A DNA stretch of 64,000 bases, taken from assembly GCA_907165135.1 (NCBI GenBank), contig OU015569.1:11532001-11596000 (forward strand). Reading direction: 5' to 3'. Below are positions 21,884-36,000 of this stretch, one piece after another. This stretch comes from Oikopleura dioica (lineage: Eukaryota > Animalia > Chordata). How positions within the stretch are numbered: the stretch's first letter is position 1; each line of letters begins with the position of its first letter. Position numbers and translations under genes: made by a program. The notes below the pieces were generated by a model, which was given only the letters and a program-made list of their open reading frames with translations, had not been told where the DNA came from and did not search any database.

Positions 21884-22421
21884 CTAATTGACGGTGCCGT
21901 TTTTGTAGTACTATTTGCTTGGACGCGTTCGAAAAGAAACAGATGTTTTTGTCGAGCCCAACAAATGCTTCTTACGATTACTTACAGTCGTTGCTCTTTC
22001 GACGATGTGGTTGATGATGACCTGGGCAAGCGTCTTCTTGTCAATCATTTGATTAATCGATTTGCGCATTATTGCTTCTATCTCTGCTCTTCGAAGCTCT
22101 CTGATCGCTCTTGAGACTGACGCGAGTTCAAAATATAAAAAGTTCTTTCAAAAAAGTTTGCGTTGTTTTTGGAAATCGTGGTGGAGGAGTAGTCACCTCT
22201 AGGTGCAGCGGAGCGAAGAAATCTGTTGAGAAGCGCGCGCAAAGTGGCGCAGTCCCTTACAAATTGTGCTCGGCGCCGCGCTGTACCGCCCTCTCGCAGA
22301 ATCCGCCGAGGAAGAAGCCGCCCGCTTCAAAAGGAGATACTCTTATCACGCCCAATCCCCGTCACACTGCCTCTGCCCGCTCAACTTGATAACCCTGTAA
22401 TCGACTACATTCAAATCTCAT
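21884..22421 (-). CDS. Small four-exon orphan gene with an in-frame TGA at codon 20
   Basis: Three GT-AG introns with compatible phases link ...GFCERAVQRGAEHN|LFLRSAAPR|VSRAIRELRRAEIEAIMRKSINQMIDKKTLAQVIINHIVERATT|YYKNGTVN*. An acceptor CAG lies 2 nt before ATG 22421. TGA is at 22362-22364. Confidence 0.5.
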
Positions 22422-22904
22422 TACTGTTGTTTTCGTAAAATGCCTCAAATTCTCATATAAATCGGAAAGATTAAAAAATGCTCGACAAACTGCATGATAA
22501 GCTTAATTTGAATGAAGATTCTTAGTTTCCGTAACTGTTGGAAACTTGAAGTTCGAAGTTGTTGTTGTCAGTTGCTAAAAGTTCTATCCAAAATTTTCCG
22601 CGTTCTACTTAGAACAGCTAATCCTGCTAATCAACATTAGTGCTCAATTTGTCGAGTGTAGCTGTTGATTCAAATAATCGCGGGTTGTCACACTTGAACA
22701 TGATTTTTTTCCGAAGCTGTGAGAAGTGATTCTGATAAGCGGAAAATCGAGCAGATCGAGAAGTGTGTCAAAATCTTCCAAAACAGAAAATTTTTGATCA
22801 TACTGGAAATGACTGTTTATTACTTGTTTATTAATTCTTGTGTTTACTAATTGCACAGATAAAGAAGGAACTTAATTTGAAGAATGAATGCATCTAATAA
22901 TCAT

Positions 22905-25900
22905 CTAAGTGGCGTACATAATGCCTTGTTGCTGCAGTTGAATCATGTCGTAGGTTTTCGATCGCGTCGAGAGGAACGACTTGGCGATCACTTCCTTGAG
23001 TTTCAAAGCTGAAAATGAAAATAGAAAATGACGGAGTGGTTGGATTATTACCAGCAGCCTTGTCGGTCATGGTCGGGTAGAAGCGCGAGCGTAGTTGCTT
23101 GATTGTTTGACCAAGGAAGCAAGGGAGGCCGGTTCCCAGCATGAGAGTGACTAGACTGACGATGTTTTCTTGGAAAGGGCGCACCGCCAAGTACGCCTTT
23201 GTCGTCATGTCCACGAACCATTTGAATTCTAGTTCAGAAATTAGAAAAGATCAATTTTGTAGCGACAATCAAGACTCGATAATTCGGACATTTTCGTGGT
23301 CTTTGACAGGTTGATGAAAAAAATACGAGTTTCTGGATGGCAAAGAATGCTTATACACCCCAAAATGCCAGAATTGTCGACTCGTCATTACAGTATAAAA
23401 TTAATTACCTTCTGTGTCCATGCTGGAGCCCATGAGACTGATCAAATCCTGCGTGAGCTTCATGTCCGGCTCAAAGCCCATGTTCCCGCCGGGACTCGAT
23501 TCAAACATGAAGCCAAAGTCGATGTGGAGCAAATGTCCTTCCTTGTCGATCATGATGTTTCCATTGTGGCGATCCTTGATCTGGAGAATGTAGAGCACCA
23601 AACTGTAGGCAGCCATCGACTTGATGTAATTTCGGCGCTTTTCTTGGAAGAGGGAGTCGCTTTTGTCGCCATATTTGAATTTGTAGAGCTCGAGTAGGTT
23701 CATTTCCGACTGTTTAAGCAGTTCCTGGCGCGAGGCGGCGTCGGGAATGCACTCGATGATGCCGTAACCGGGAGAAGTAGCCACTACTTTGTAAGGGAAG
23801 AGATAAACGTCCAGGCCGACTTGATTGAACGCGTTTTGGAATAGCTGGATAATTTGCAACGCTAACATGTCTGGAAATCCAAAGATTAGAAAGATTTTGA
23901 TAATATGAAAAATACCTTGTCGACAATCGTCTCCAGCTTTGAAAATGGCCTTTTGCATGAAGGTTTGATGCTTGAACTCGTCGAACTTCTCCTGCCCGGT
24001 ACAGATCTTCTCGAGCCTTTCCACTCCTACTTTGGCCACCTTGAATTCAGTGAGATAAGGAGCTTTTGCAGCGCTTTGAAGGGGAATTCCAAGTTTTCGA
24101 TTGATGCCGAGAACGAGACAGCCTAAAATCAGATCATACAAGTTTTTTCCTTTGTTTATGAATTACCGGGATTGGAAGGCAAATAAACCATCTTCGGGAT
24201 GAGTAATTTTCCAATCTCTTCAAGACAAGCAACTTTCCGATCGCCATTGTCTTTATTCTTCGGTTTGATTTTGTGAGAAATCTCCGTCAATTCATAGGAA
24301 AACTGGAACTGCCGTTGGTAGAACGCACGGTGGCCTTCTGTGAAGCTTCGGAGAATCGCCCCTTCGAGTTTGTCGATTTTGTGGCCGATGTCGGGGTCTT
24401 CTTCTTTTCCGTCTTCGTCGCGGAATTTATTCGTCTTGGTAAATATTAGCTGGGATTAGGATTTATCTCTCTTACCTTCATATTCCAGAGCAATTGATGA
24501 GCGAGAAGTGGGGATCGCCGCGAAGCAGCAAGAAGATATTCCGCTATGTAGCCGATGGAGTCGTATCGGAGCGCTTGAACCAGTTGTGGAATGTAGAAAA
24601 GGATCTGCTCCTCCTGGAAGCTTCTCAAGCAACGAACGGCGTATTGGGCGGTGTACGAATGAGGGTTGAATCGTTGCGAGAAAAGACCAAGCGCGGTAGC
24701 TGGATCGGTAGACTTCCAATAAAGGAGATAAGACAACTCCTTGGCGTCGAGTCGGACGAATTCAGGGATAATGAAAAGACTTACTGCTTCGGGAATGTCG
24801 TGTGCAATTTGTGGATTTCGCTGGACAAGATTAATGAGCTCTTGAATCAACGCAGGCTCTTGCTTGAGTCGCGACGGCAATTGACAAGCGAGGTAAGGAC
24901 TGATGGACCATCCGTCTTTCGCCAGCTGCTTCCATTGCTTGTCGACTAGTTTGTCAAGACTGTACATCTCTGAGAACTGCATAAAACGGTCCTGATCGTC
25001 GTGTTGTTGGGGCTGCGGCTGGAGCCAGATCTTGAAACGCTCAATTTCCGAAATCAGCAGTTGCATGGCAAACTGTCGTTTTCGTTTGTAATTGTCGACC
25101 AAGTGTCTGACTCCATTTGGAAGGATCTGGCTTTTAGCAGCGAGAGTCGAGGCGGCAGAAGAAGTCAAATCAGCGCGGCGAGAGAGCGAGTCCGTTCCAC
25201 TGATCGAGATCGAGTCTTTTGTACTGCTAGTGCTGCCACTGAAGACGATTCCAGCTACTCCTGCCAACGGGTCGACGATCCTCTTTCCTTCCTTGTTCAT
25301 CACGATGACAAAACGAATAAGAGCGTCGATGTCTTCTTTCAGTTGCCCTTTTGGCATGACCGGGAGAGAGCTCGGAGTTGTGAAATAATCGAAAATTGTG
25401 TTGTAGAGCTTGGCGCGCAAAACCGATCTTTCAACTTCCCTGATGAGGACTTGAGAGTGCAAAATCGAGAAACCAAGAGAAATGAGTTCCATTCGAACTG
25501 CGGCGGAATTCACGTGACGGGAAATGATGTGGTCGGTGGAGCCGGCAATGCTCGAACTCAACGTGTTATTCAAAAGAGCAAGAATGGTTCGGCAAGGACC
25601 AGTTTTTGTGAGTTTGAAGGAAGCGAGCATTTCTTGGAGAAAACGGACCCAGGCGAGGTGAGGTGCGACGTTTGGAGGGTTGGGTGATGGAGGGTCTGAT
25701 TCGAGAAAAGCGAGGACGTTTCCTTCAGATCGATAAGGTTCGAACATGCCCAGTTGTCGTTCTTTCGTGCATTGCCAAACTGAAGCGATTTCGAGCATGA
25801 TCACCTCGTCCATTTCGGGACGGGCCGAGCTAATCCACTGCCAGCAGTAGATCGCTGCTTCCACCACTTGAATGTGAAACGCGTCGATGATCGCCCATGA

Positions 25901-28900
25901 TATCTTTCGGAGTAGGCGTCTTTTTGCTTCTTCGGAGATCTTTTCTTTTTGAAGAATCAGCGCCGCCATTTGGTACATGTGTTCTTCCAGTTTGTGGAGA
26001 CTCTTCTCTCCGCCGGAAGAAACAACTTTGTCGTATTTAGAGATGATCTCTTTAACTGGATCATCAACGATGTCAACGAGGAGCACAGCTTCGCCGAAAT
26101 ATTTCGCGCGTTTACTGAAGTTCAAGTCCTTGGCCGTTATTTTCGCGCTTGAAAGAAGATGATGCGTGTTAGCGTGCACTTCTTCATCCTTTTCGTCTTT
26201 GGATCTGAGATACTCGGCCAAGTGCGATTTCGTCGCCTTTGGCGCTGCTTTCAAAGCTCTTATAAGAATCCCAGGCTTTTCAAGGAGATAGCGATGCATA
26301 GCGAGAACCATGCTTTTTCGCTTATCCAAACTGTCGGGAAGTTTGAGCGACATTTTAATCGAAGGAATGGACAACTCGTGCGCCTCTGCGAAAGATTCCT
26401 CCGCGTCTTCAAGCGAAAAACTCAGCTGCTGGACGATGTCGAGTTCCGTCTCAATCACTGCCGGCTGCCAAACTAGGTGCTCGAAGTAGTTGAAAGTCGC
26501 TAGCAAGTTAGAATCGGCGACGTAGCGAGAAGTCGAATTCGTCGAGTTGAACTTGACCAGTAAGAGTTGGACCTTTTCGACGAGGCAGATGTCGATGTTG
26601 ATTGTTCGCGCGAACTCGCGAATCGAGGAAAGGTATTCTCTGAAGATGGTAATGAGGATTTCCTTGAGGATCTTGTCTTTCGCCTGTTTTGATCGCTGGA
26701 CCATTTGGTTCTCGATGTAAGTGAACAATTCTCGGTACTCGTACGCAGTCGGTTCCGTTACCAGGTAAGACGCAAGTCGCAATCGCTCGATATGAAGAAC
26801 AGCGATGTGATAGAGCACATTGAAATAGTCGAGCGCCTTGATTTCGCCGTCCAGCTGAATGTCTCTAGATCCGATCGAGTGGTTTAACGCAAGTTTGAGG
26901 TCTTGAACTTCTTTGATCGTCGAACCCGAGCTGCCCTTTTTCAAGGCAGGATTGTTCTCTAGGGTCTGCTTCACCGGTTCATTTGTAAGAAAAGACAGCG
27001 TCGGGGATCGTTTTGCAATGGCCATGATATCGGCCCTTTGCTCATCCGGCCAGCCGATCGACATGTCGGAAAAGCCGAAAACAGCGCAGTAAAACCAAAA
27101 GTCGCGCATCGAATTCCTCAGTGAGAAGAACTGCGGATCGTTCCAATCGGGCGCTCCACTAGAGACAATCAGCGCAATGCAAGACATGATGGAAGAAACG
27201 CGCTCATCGTTCTTGTCTTCACTTGAAATTGAAAAGAAGAGCTTCAAGTAACGACTAAGGAGCCAGAGTTTGTGCTGACCAGCTGCTGCTTCAGCGAGCT
27301 TTTTCAGGCAGTTGTAGGAAAGGGTTCTTTCAACGGTTGATTTGGTGTTGACGAAAGATTGGATGATGATTTCGATGATTTCCGCAGCCATGTTTTCTCC
27401 TTTTCGATCTTCTGGTGGCGATTTCTCCGCGATTTTTATCGAAAGAGTGGTCAGATGAACTAGGCATTCTTTCTCCAAGTTTAGACCGCCTTTTATTAGA
27501 GTGTTATGAACAGTAGTAAACACCTTCAGCTGGCTATCACTTTTCTCCGTAACGAAAGTGGTCAACAACGCGAAAAGATGATCCATTGCCAGAGGACCAT
27601 TTGGATTGCTGCTGCTGATGGAAAGGATTTTTGAGCAAAGAAGTCCAACCTGCGCGCTTTCGTTATTTTCCCCAGCAGCGCAGATTTCCTGAAAAGTCTT
27701 GATTCCATGCTCGCGAAGTTGTTGATATTCGCCTTTTTTGCTTGCTTTTTGGAGCTTGATCAGAACGGGCGCTGGTGTGAGGAGAAAGTCGCGAATCGCC
27801 TTTGTCGCTTGGTCTTTAATCGAGTTGTGATAATTGACAAGCTCGGAGACACTGGAAAGAAGGTCGTGGAAGAGTCCCACCGCGATGAGACACAGTGCCG
27901 TGGGATCGTTTCCAAGAAGACGGGCGACGATCTTTTTCAAAATGCTGGCCGCGCCGCGCTCATTTCTCACAGTGCGAACAGACAAGTAACAGGAGGCGCC
28001 AATACAGTGCAGTTGCCGCTGCAGACGGCTCATTTTCAAAATCGTGCTTTCCTCGTTGTTCTCTTCACCTCGTTGGCGCACTGCGTTCACGCTGCTGATG
28101 AAACCGTCCAGCGCCGTTTTCGACATTTTCGAAAACTCTTCTTCGTCCGACGGCGAAGCTGTTAGTTTCGTGAAAAAGTGGGAGAGCTGAATCACTCCCA
28201 AATCGTTGACGTCGTTACTATCCGAGGCGAAGTAGTCAAAGAGACTCATTGCCACTACTGTGAGCGACTTTTCTTCCTTCACTTTGAAGTCGCTATCATG
28301 CGGCAGTTGCTCTTCTGGGTGGCTAAAAGTGCTCCAAGTCGACCAACTTGTCGACTTGTTGTAACTTTGATTGACCGAATTTCTGCAAAGGAATGAGCCT
28401 AGCCAGAGCATTTTTGACGCGGAAGAGACTTCTCAGAAACCCGAACAGACCTGGAAGTGTGACCAACGCAATGTTTTCTTCGTCCTCTTTTTCGACTAGT
28501 ATTTGGTGATAGCGAGACAGGAGCTGCGCAGTTGTCGTCAGAATCTGCGTCTGATGAGCAGGGAATAATTCGTAGATGTCGCTCAAAATCGCACCCAGGG
28601 AAAATGTTATTTTCTCCATTTCCACTGGACTTTCGGGCGCTCCAAAGATCGGCTCGTTGCTCACAAAGGGAATGTCTTGAATAATGCCGAGGAATTGCTC
28701 CAAATATTCTGCCCTGTCGTCGCCACACATGACAACGAAAGCGCCAATGCCGACCAGTCCGTAGAGTTTCTTCTCGTCATACTCGGCCGAGTGAGCTTCT
28801 ACGCCTCTCCAGTAGAACTTAGAAAGGGAGATTCTCGCCAATTTCGCGGAATCGTCTTTCGAAGACAATGAACGCGCCAGGCGGAGAAGCGTGTCGGCAT

Positions 28901-28922
28901 GTCTCGGGAACACGGCCGACAT
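22905..28922 (-). CDS. PI4KA: Phosphatidylinositol 4-kinase III alpha
   Basis: Long 1321-codon open frame plus downstream exons with [44 protein letters not shown] and YLAVRPFQ. Confidence 0.96.
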
Positions 28923-29036
28923 TGCTTCTGAAAATGGAATAAATTAAAAAAACAAAGTGAAGGGTTTTCAGAATATGAATAAGAATTTATTCGAATTGAA
29001 GAAAAAGACTGGCAGGAAGAAACAAAAAAGGTGTTT

Positions 29037-30304
29037 TCACCAATTGTCGTCGTGAATGTCCAACTCGTTGGCGTTGCGAACTTCTACTCGATTGAGAGCG
29101 CCGTCGGTCGAGAACTGGAAGAGGTGAACTGTCCCGTCGACGGCAACAACAGCGATGCGATTCTGGTTCATGAAGCAGACGTGGCTCTCCGTTTCTTCGG
29201 GAATCGGGCCCGTCGCCAGCGCCCAAAGCGAGTCCGTGTACTGAGTTGGAATCATTGCCACGCGGCCAGCCCGAGCAAAAGCGGAAGTTCTTTAATTAAA
29301 ATTAAAGACTGCTCCTCAAAAGTGAGTTTTCTTACTTGTTCAAAACTTTGTCTTTTAGTGCGAATAGATGCAGCGTTCCTTTATCTCCAGTTGCAGCCAA
29401 AAAAGCAGAGTCCTTCGAAAACGCTTAAAAATTTAACGGTTAAAAAGATCATCAAAATCAGTGGTGTCTCACCGATCGAGTAAATCTGAGCAGGGTCAGC
29501 ACCACGGCGAAATTCAATGAGTCGTTGCTTCGTGTTCGTGTCCCAAACTCGAATAAGCGTTCCTTTATCAGAAGCAGTAGCCAGCTTCGTTCCGGACGTG
29601 TTTAAACGGACGATCGCTATTTCGCCCTGATGAGCGTAAATTTGCACGGGTGGGGAGCTGCTCTTCCGTTCTCTCAACGAACCAATATCGTAGACCTGAA
29701 TCATTCATAATTGGGAAAAAAGAAAGAGGGCTTACATGAACTGAACCTTGTTTGTGCCCTCCTATAGCGAGTCGATTTCCTCTGAAGTGAATTGGCTTGA
29801 ATCTGTTGTTTCTTGTGGGCGCTTCTACTAGGAGACGACCATCAGGAACAGAGTAAGCGTAACACATCGTTTTTAACAACGCGATTGCTGAATTTTTTAT
29901 TACAAAATCAAAGATCGAAAGATGAATTGAGGAATGAAATACCTGTATCTTTCGTCAGAAGCGTCTTGAGAACTGGCTCGCCGAAAGTAAAGTCCATGAC
30001 AAGCGAGTCCTTCTCGGCGTCGTGAATGACCAGCGTGTTTTGCGAAAACTTGGGTCGCTCGCCTCCCGAAACGAAGGAGAGAATGTTGCTGCGCGAGATG
30101 TTGCATGCCGAAACGGTGCTGCCCGTGTCTAGCCGGCCGATTTCAGCCAGAGGATCGAGGTTGTAGATCTGAAGTCTCCGTTTACTATTTAGCCATGTTA
30201 GTATTTGTTTTTTCATGTTCAATTGCTACCTTGATGCCTAAATCGTCGCAAACAGTGTAAACTAAATTGTCCTCGTCCAGCCGCACTTCACTAACTTTTC
30301 TCAT
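29037..30304 (-). CDS. WDR45: WIPI/PROPPIN beta-propeller, WDR45 (WIPI4)-like
   Basis: [76 protein letters not shown] and DGTVHLFQF. Confidence 0.9.
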
Positions 30305-30717
30305 CTCGCGGCCGCTAACCTCTACCGACGATCAAATGGCGTCCTTTTCAATTTTTCTAGACACAGGTTTTCATTGTTTCAGACTCATGATGTCTACAAC
30401 TTTCAAAACACAGAAACTTAATTTCATTCAAATACAATTCAGTACTCAAAAAACAAGATTTGATACTTTTTGATAGCAGTTTATTTTGATAACTTTATTG
30501 ATGTTTTCAATGTCAGTTTTTGTCAAATGTTTTCAGTCGGTAAATGGGCAGCATAGATGCGAATTTTTGTATACTAATATTTTAATCCTAAACTTCTAAA
30601 TTTGGTTATAAAGTGGGGAGGGGAGGAGTGAGGGTCAGGAACTGAACTTAATTAATAATATAATAATTTGAAAGATTTTTGGGTGGAACTTGAAACTGTC
30701 TGAACATCAATTCGCTA

Positions 30718-32590
30718 TCACTTGGAAGGCTTGCGTGCAAATTGGCCCTCTTGGAAGCGTTTCAGGAGTTTTTCTTCCTTCGAGGGCTTTCGAGGCCGTT
30801 CCTCCTTTCTCTTTTTGGACGGAGCCATTAGAGTTTCCTGAAAATAAAAGGGTCAATTCTAGCATTCAATCTATTTTTTATATTCAATTTCTTATAATTT
30901 TCACTGTTCGACTTACCCCAAATAGGCTGCTAAATGTTTCCTCTGGCTTTGGCTGTTTCTTCTTTTTCTTTTCTTTCGGCTTTCGCTCCTTGACCTTCTT
31001 CGGCTCTTCTACTTTCGGCTTCGGTCGCTGGGTGTGATGGAACTTGATCAATTCCACCGTCTCGTTCAAACCCTTGCTCCGCTCGTCGTCTTTTTTCACC
31101 TGCTCGATAGTTCTGTCGAGCGAAACTTTCCTGAATAAAGTGTTAATTTTACAATTAGAACGAAAGCAGAACTCACTTTTCTTTGAAATTCTCTAAAATT
31201 GCGGCGGATTGCTGGTCGTACTTGGACAAGTCGACGTTCTCCAGTTTCTGGAGTTTTCGACGTTCCCTCCTTTCGCTCTTCTTCTTTTTTTCTTTCTTTT
31301 CCTTCTTTAAGATCTTCTCGGTTTTCCAAGCTGGATCCGAGGTACTGTTGCCGTCGTCGTAGTTATACATGGAACTTGTGACGCTAGAAGGTGTAACTGG
31401 CTGCAGAACCTCCTATAGAAAATAATCTTTATGAATAAAAATACAAACAGGAAACTTACCATAACGATATCGTCCAAACTGAAGGGTTTATCCTGTTTTT
31501 CTGCGGAAGGTAAAGTGCCCATTTGATTGAGACCTGAGGGACCAGCGATCATCGAAGGATCAAGCTGTGCGTTTTCCTTTTCTTGCACTTTTTTCTCTTT
31601 TATAGTGCCGGCGTTCTGATTGATTACGTAGACAGGCAGTGGTCTATTTGTCGGCGGCACTTCGGAAGCTGGCAACATGTTCATTTCTTTGATGCCGGAC
31701 GGGCCTGGACGGTCGATTTCGGAGGGTTGATCGTTAGGAACAACTGTGACGCCCGCCTTGTCAAAGAGCTCCTGAAGTTCTTGGGCAGCGTCCTTGACGG
31801 GTGGGGGTTGTTCTGGCGGATTACTCGGCGCCGAGTTGAGGTAGATCCTTGTCGGATCTTCGTACACAACAGGACATGGCTCATTTTCCGGATCCCTCGG
31901 CTCAGCGCTGTATTGAATGAAATCAGAGCTCGTGTCATTTGGATTCGAGCTGAGCCAATTGACGGTCCTGTCGTCAATATCTTGGTACGGGTTGTCGAAA
32001 GCTAAGAGGCAGTTGGGGCTAGAAAGAGAGTCAGTGACGGCGTTTTTCGACGAGTCACGTTTTTCTAATTTCAAGATCGAAACAAACTCATAAATTGTGT
32101 GATAACTGGGAGTGAAGTTTTGTGTGAAAAAATACGATTCTTTCGAGAAAAAAATGGTTCAATCATTTCGTAAAAGAAAAAACTTTCACATCATTCTCTT
32201 TTTTCTTTAAAAAACTGTATTTCTGAAAAAGAAAGATATAAAAAACATGCGAATGTTTCAAATCTTTCCTTTAGGATCTCCCTTAGAAGATGGAGTAGCT
32301 TCAGCGAGGCTAGAAGTCTCATCAGCGCTAGATGGGTGAGGGGAGGCGAGCTCCCTCTCGTGTTTATAAAGTTTATCGACGAATTGTTTATAATCTTCCA
32401 TAGAAATGCCGGGAGGTAGCTCCTGCGTGGCAAGATCATTTTTAATCTCGTCGACCATACCGTCGCGCTTTTTTCGTCCGTTGAACTCGGCGTTTATCCC
32501 CTGGTTCAACATTTTACAGATTTCGACGACGGACTCATTCGTCCAGTACGAAGACTTAAGACCGTCAAAGTAGTCGCCGTGATCGATCAT
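30718..32590 (-). CDS. Uncharacterised low-complexity, Lys-rich, probably nuclear protein (multi-exon)
   Basis: Open exons 32590-32269, 32064-~31460, ~31410-31178, ~31132-30920 and ~30839-30718. The first join needs a GA-AG intron. No family recognised. Confidence 0.55.
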
Positions 32591-33080
32591 GCGATTTTTC
32601 TCCTGTTCGATTGGGGTCAATAATCGCCACGAAAATGGGAAACAAAGAGTGAGCGGATGAAATCAACAATTAGCCAACAAGTGTAAACTTGAGTTTTCGA
32701 TCAATCTGCTGATCAGGGAGCAGATCGTTTGTCATCAAGTTAAGCATTATATAATATAATTTATATTATTTTCGATTCTGGAACTCCATGAATCAAAATC
32801 AGCTGATTAGTGGATTCGAAATCAAATCCCACTTTTCAGTCATAAACACCAGCAACGTAAAAATATGAAAGCAAAGCAGGAGAGCTTAGATTCTTACTTT
32901 CACCTTTACAACACTGAATTTAATTGTATCCGATTTGTTTTAGCGGAAATTGTCCCGCTAAAACACTCGGTATAAAACTAAAATCTGACTGTATCGTCTG
33001 AATGGACGATAGTCTCTTCGTGCGACTACACCACTTGCAGCAAACATGCGTAATTAGGGGATGAAGTATGAATATTATAC

Positions 33081-36000
33081 TTAGAATAAAAAGGCAAGAA
33101 ATGGGCGCTTATCGACCCAAGCCTTTAGCTGATGTGTGGATTTGAGGTTTCTAGCAGCACGAGGCCGCTTGCAACAGTGGCGCCGGTAGATTCGCTTACT
33201 TATAAACAGATAAATGAAAGGTTGATAAATGTTGAATAAGAGTAAGTGTAAATTGAATCAAGCGATACTCACTTGTGACCTTTGTAGTAATCGCTTTGAT
33301 AAAACTCATGGTCGCCTTCCCACCCGCAGGTGCACCTGTACATTGTTTTTGGCACTGAATCATTCATTAGCGCCGAATCCGTCATGTCGATCTCGTTGAA
33401 GATGTCATCGGGGAATTCAGGGATCACTATATCATGCAGCGACCCAGTAGTCGGCAGAGTGCGATATTCAGGGTCTTTTACTTCCTGAGGAGGCTCTGGA
33501 ATTGCTGGTGCAAGAATCGCTCCAGTCTGTTCCGTCTGTTCATTCTCCACGGCAGGAGCGGGTGCCCAGCTTTCCTCGCCTTCATCAGCCGACTCTGCCG
33601 AAGCGACTTCCATCGCTGACTCGTCATCGGTGCTTCCAAACTCCTCAGCGTAGTTCTCCCGAAGATAATCCTTGTGATAATGCCTCAGATGGCTAGCCAA
33701 ACCAGTCTCTTTTCTGAAACTCTTTTCGCAGTCGTTCACCGGACAGTGATGGCGGGTTGGTCCTGATGCCAAGGTCACTAAATAAAAGCTCAATTATCTT
33801 TAAGAAAGAGCAGCACTTACATTCTTGATCCTTCTTATTTTTAAGAGCCTTCGCCAAAGCCTCCCGTTTCTCCTTCGCTTTCAGTCGATATGTCTTCGCG
33901 TTGCTCTTCTTGATCACCTGGCCAAGTAGATCGAAGAGCAGATCTTTCACCATTTCCGACGCATCGAAAGTAGGAGCTTCTTGGATCGGAGAACTGGATG
34001 GAGATGGTTGAGCGGAAATCGATGTTTTTCGCAGCTTTGAAACACGCGTTTCGGCTTTTGCCTCGGAGTTCTTTCGCTAAAACGAAATTAGTTAAAATCA
34101 ATATTTTTAGCAATTTTTACCTTTCGTCCTCTGACGGCAGGTGACCGAGAGGGTGATAAAGAAGTAACAGTGTTGGTTCGACGACGAGTTCGAGTGGCAA
34201 TTATATCTTCTCCTTTTTTCGCTGCTTCTTCTTGAGGTTGAACTGGAGCTGAGGCGCTTTCTGCTAGCTTTGGGGCCGCAGCGCGAGCAGGAGACTTTTG
34301 CTTCTGCAATTTCGCCGGCCGTCCAGGCGATTTCAAATCCGCAGGAGTCGCTTGTGCCGGGGATTTTGCACGAGCTGGCGAAGTGTGTTGCTTTTGATTT
34401 CGGGCAGGAGATCGTGCTTTTGCTGGAGAAGACGATCGGCCTCTTGCAGCTGGAGAAAGTGGTTTCTCCGGAGAAGCTGGAATTTCTCTGATGATTTCTT
34501 TTGTGTCCGGTGGGAGAACTGTTTTTGTTGGCGACTCTGGCTCCGCTTTAGGCGTCACACGAGCACGAGCGGGTGAAGTAATCTTCTTTGGAGAAGTGAT
34601 GGATCGTTCTTCCGTAGATACTGCTGCTGGAGACTTCGATCTCGGAAGAGCAGCCACTGGCTTCTCTGGGGATGGTGCTCGAGCTGGGCTAGCGGCTGTT
34701 TCAGATTCCGTCTGGCTCTTCTCACGCACCCGTCGAGATCGTCTTAAAACATGAATTGACAACTGTAAAATCGCAAAAATATTTACCTGACTGGTGACTT
34801 GACTGGGGAAGACGGCAGCTTCTCTTCTGGAGTCGTTTGCGAGTCAGTGGATGTCTGGGATTGTGCTGGAGTGTCCTGGTCTTCATCCTTATCCACAGTT
34901 ATATCCATAGACGATTCCACTGAAAAGGTTTATTAGCGATGAAGATAAGTTGAAAATTTTACCATCTGTATTGGCGATAGTTTTGGCATTACCAACAGCG
35001 AAGCTTTCTTCGACGGGAGTTTTCTTCTCTTTAGCAACAGCTTCCTTTTCCTTTGGAACCTCTTTGCCTTCTTCCAGCTCTTTTTTCGGAAGTTCAGCCG
35101 CCCTCTCTGCCTTTTCCAAAAGCGATAATGGCTTTTGAATGACGGGTTCTTGGGACAATCGACTCGGTTTCGATGTTTTTCGCGATTTTTTCTGTCCCGA
35201 TACTGGGGCTGCTTGCTCTTTAGCTGGCGCTTCAGCTATTGGCAAAAGTGCACCTTCTTCCTCTTCCTTCTTTTTCGCCAGTCGTTGGACTAGACTGCCG
35301 AGCGATTTGTCTTTGCTAGATTTCGAGGTTAGCTTCGTTGGAGGCTTCGTTGCCGTTGGCTTTAACTTTGGCGCGTTCGTTTTTGGCGCTGGAGTCGTTT
35401 CAACTGCCTCTTTCTTCGCGTCCTTCGCATTCTTTTTCGATTTTTTTGGTGGGTTGAGTGCCTCGTACTTTGCCTTTGCAGCGATGAGCGCCGATTTCAC
35501 TCCTAAAATAAAATAAAATCAATTGAAGAAGCTTTCGAGAGTTGTAATTACTTTGGTCGTCTTTTTCCTTGTAAAGATTTTCGTAAAAGAAGTGGAAGTC
35601 TTCTTGAGGCCTCAGTTCTGGCTGCCAGTACCCTTCAACTTGCGGAAAAGGTATTTTGAATTCAAGACCGTCCAGGGCAAAACGCACAGAATAGTTTTTC
35701 TCGTTGACGGAAATAACGACGCCTCCGTAAACTCTACAGTCTGTCCATCGACACCAAAGAAGATCGCCGACGTCATAATCTGGCAGTGTAATTGGGACCT
35801 TCTCTTGGGTTCGGGTTTTGATGGTGCCGGAGTCGTTTGATCCAATCGAAAGGGCTGGACTTGCTGATCTTTTCGACCTCGCTGGGGACGGAGAACGCAT
35901 GGCTGAAACAGATGCTCGACGCGATGTTTTTCGTCTACTCGAGTTCTTTTCTAGGTCGACTCCTTCTCTCTCAGCCTTAATTCGAATCTGCTCAAGTTCT

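Noticed and set aside
24446-28411. Very long intron-free exons (PI4KA, MED14, PHF20-like) as horizontal transfer or retrocopies
   Set aside because: The same genes have ordinary short introns elsewhere and are standard animal orthologs; intron loss explains this.
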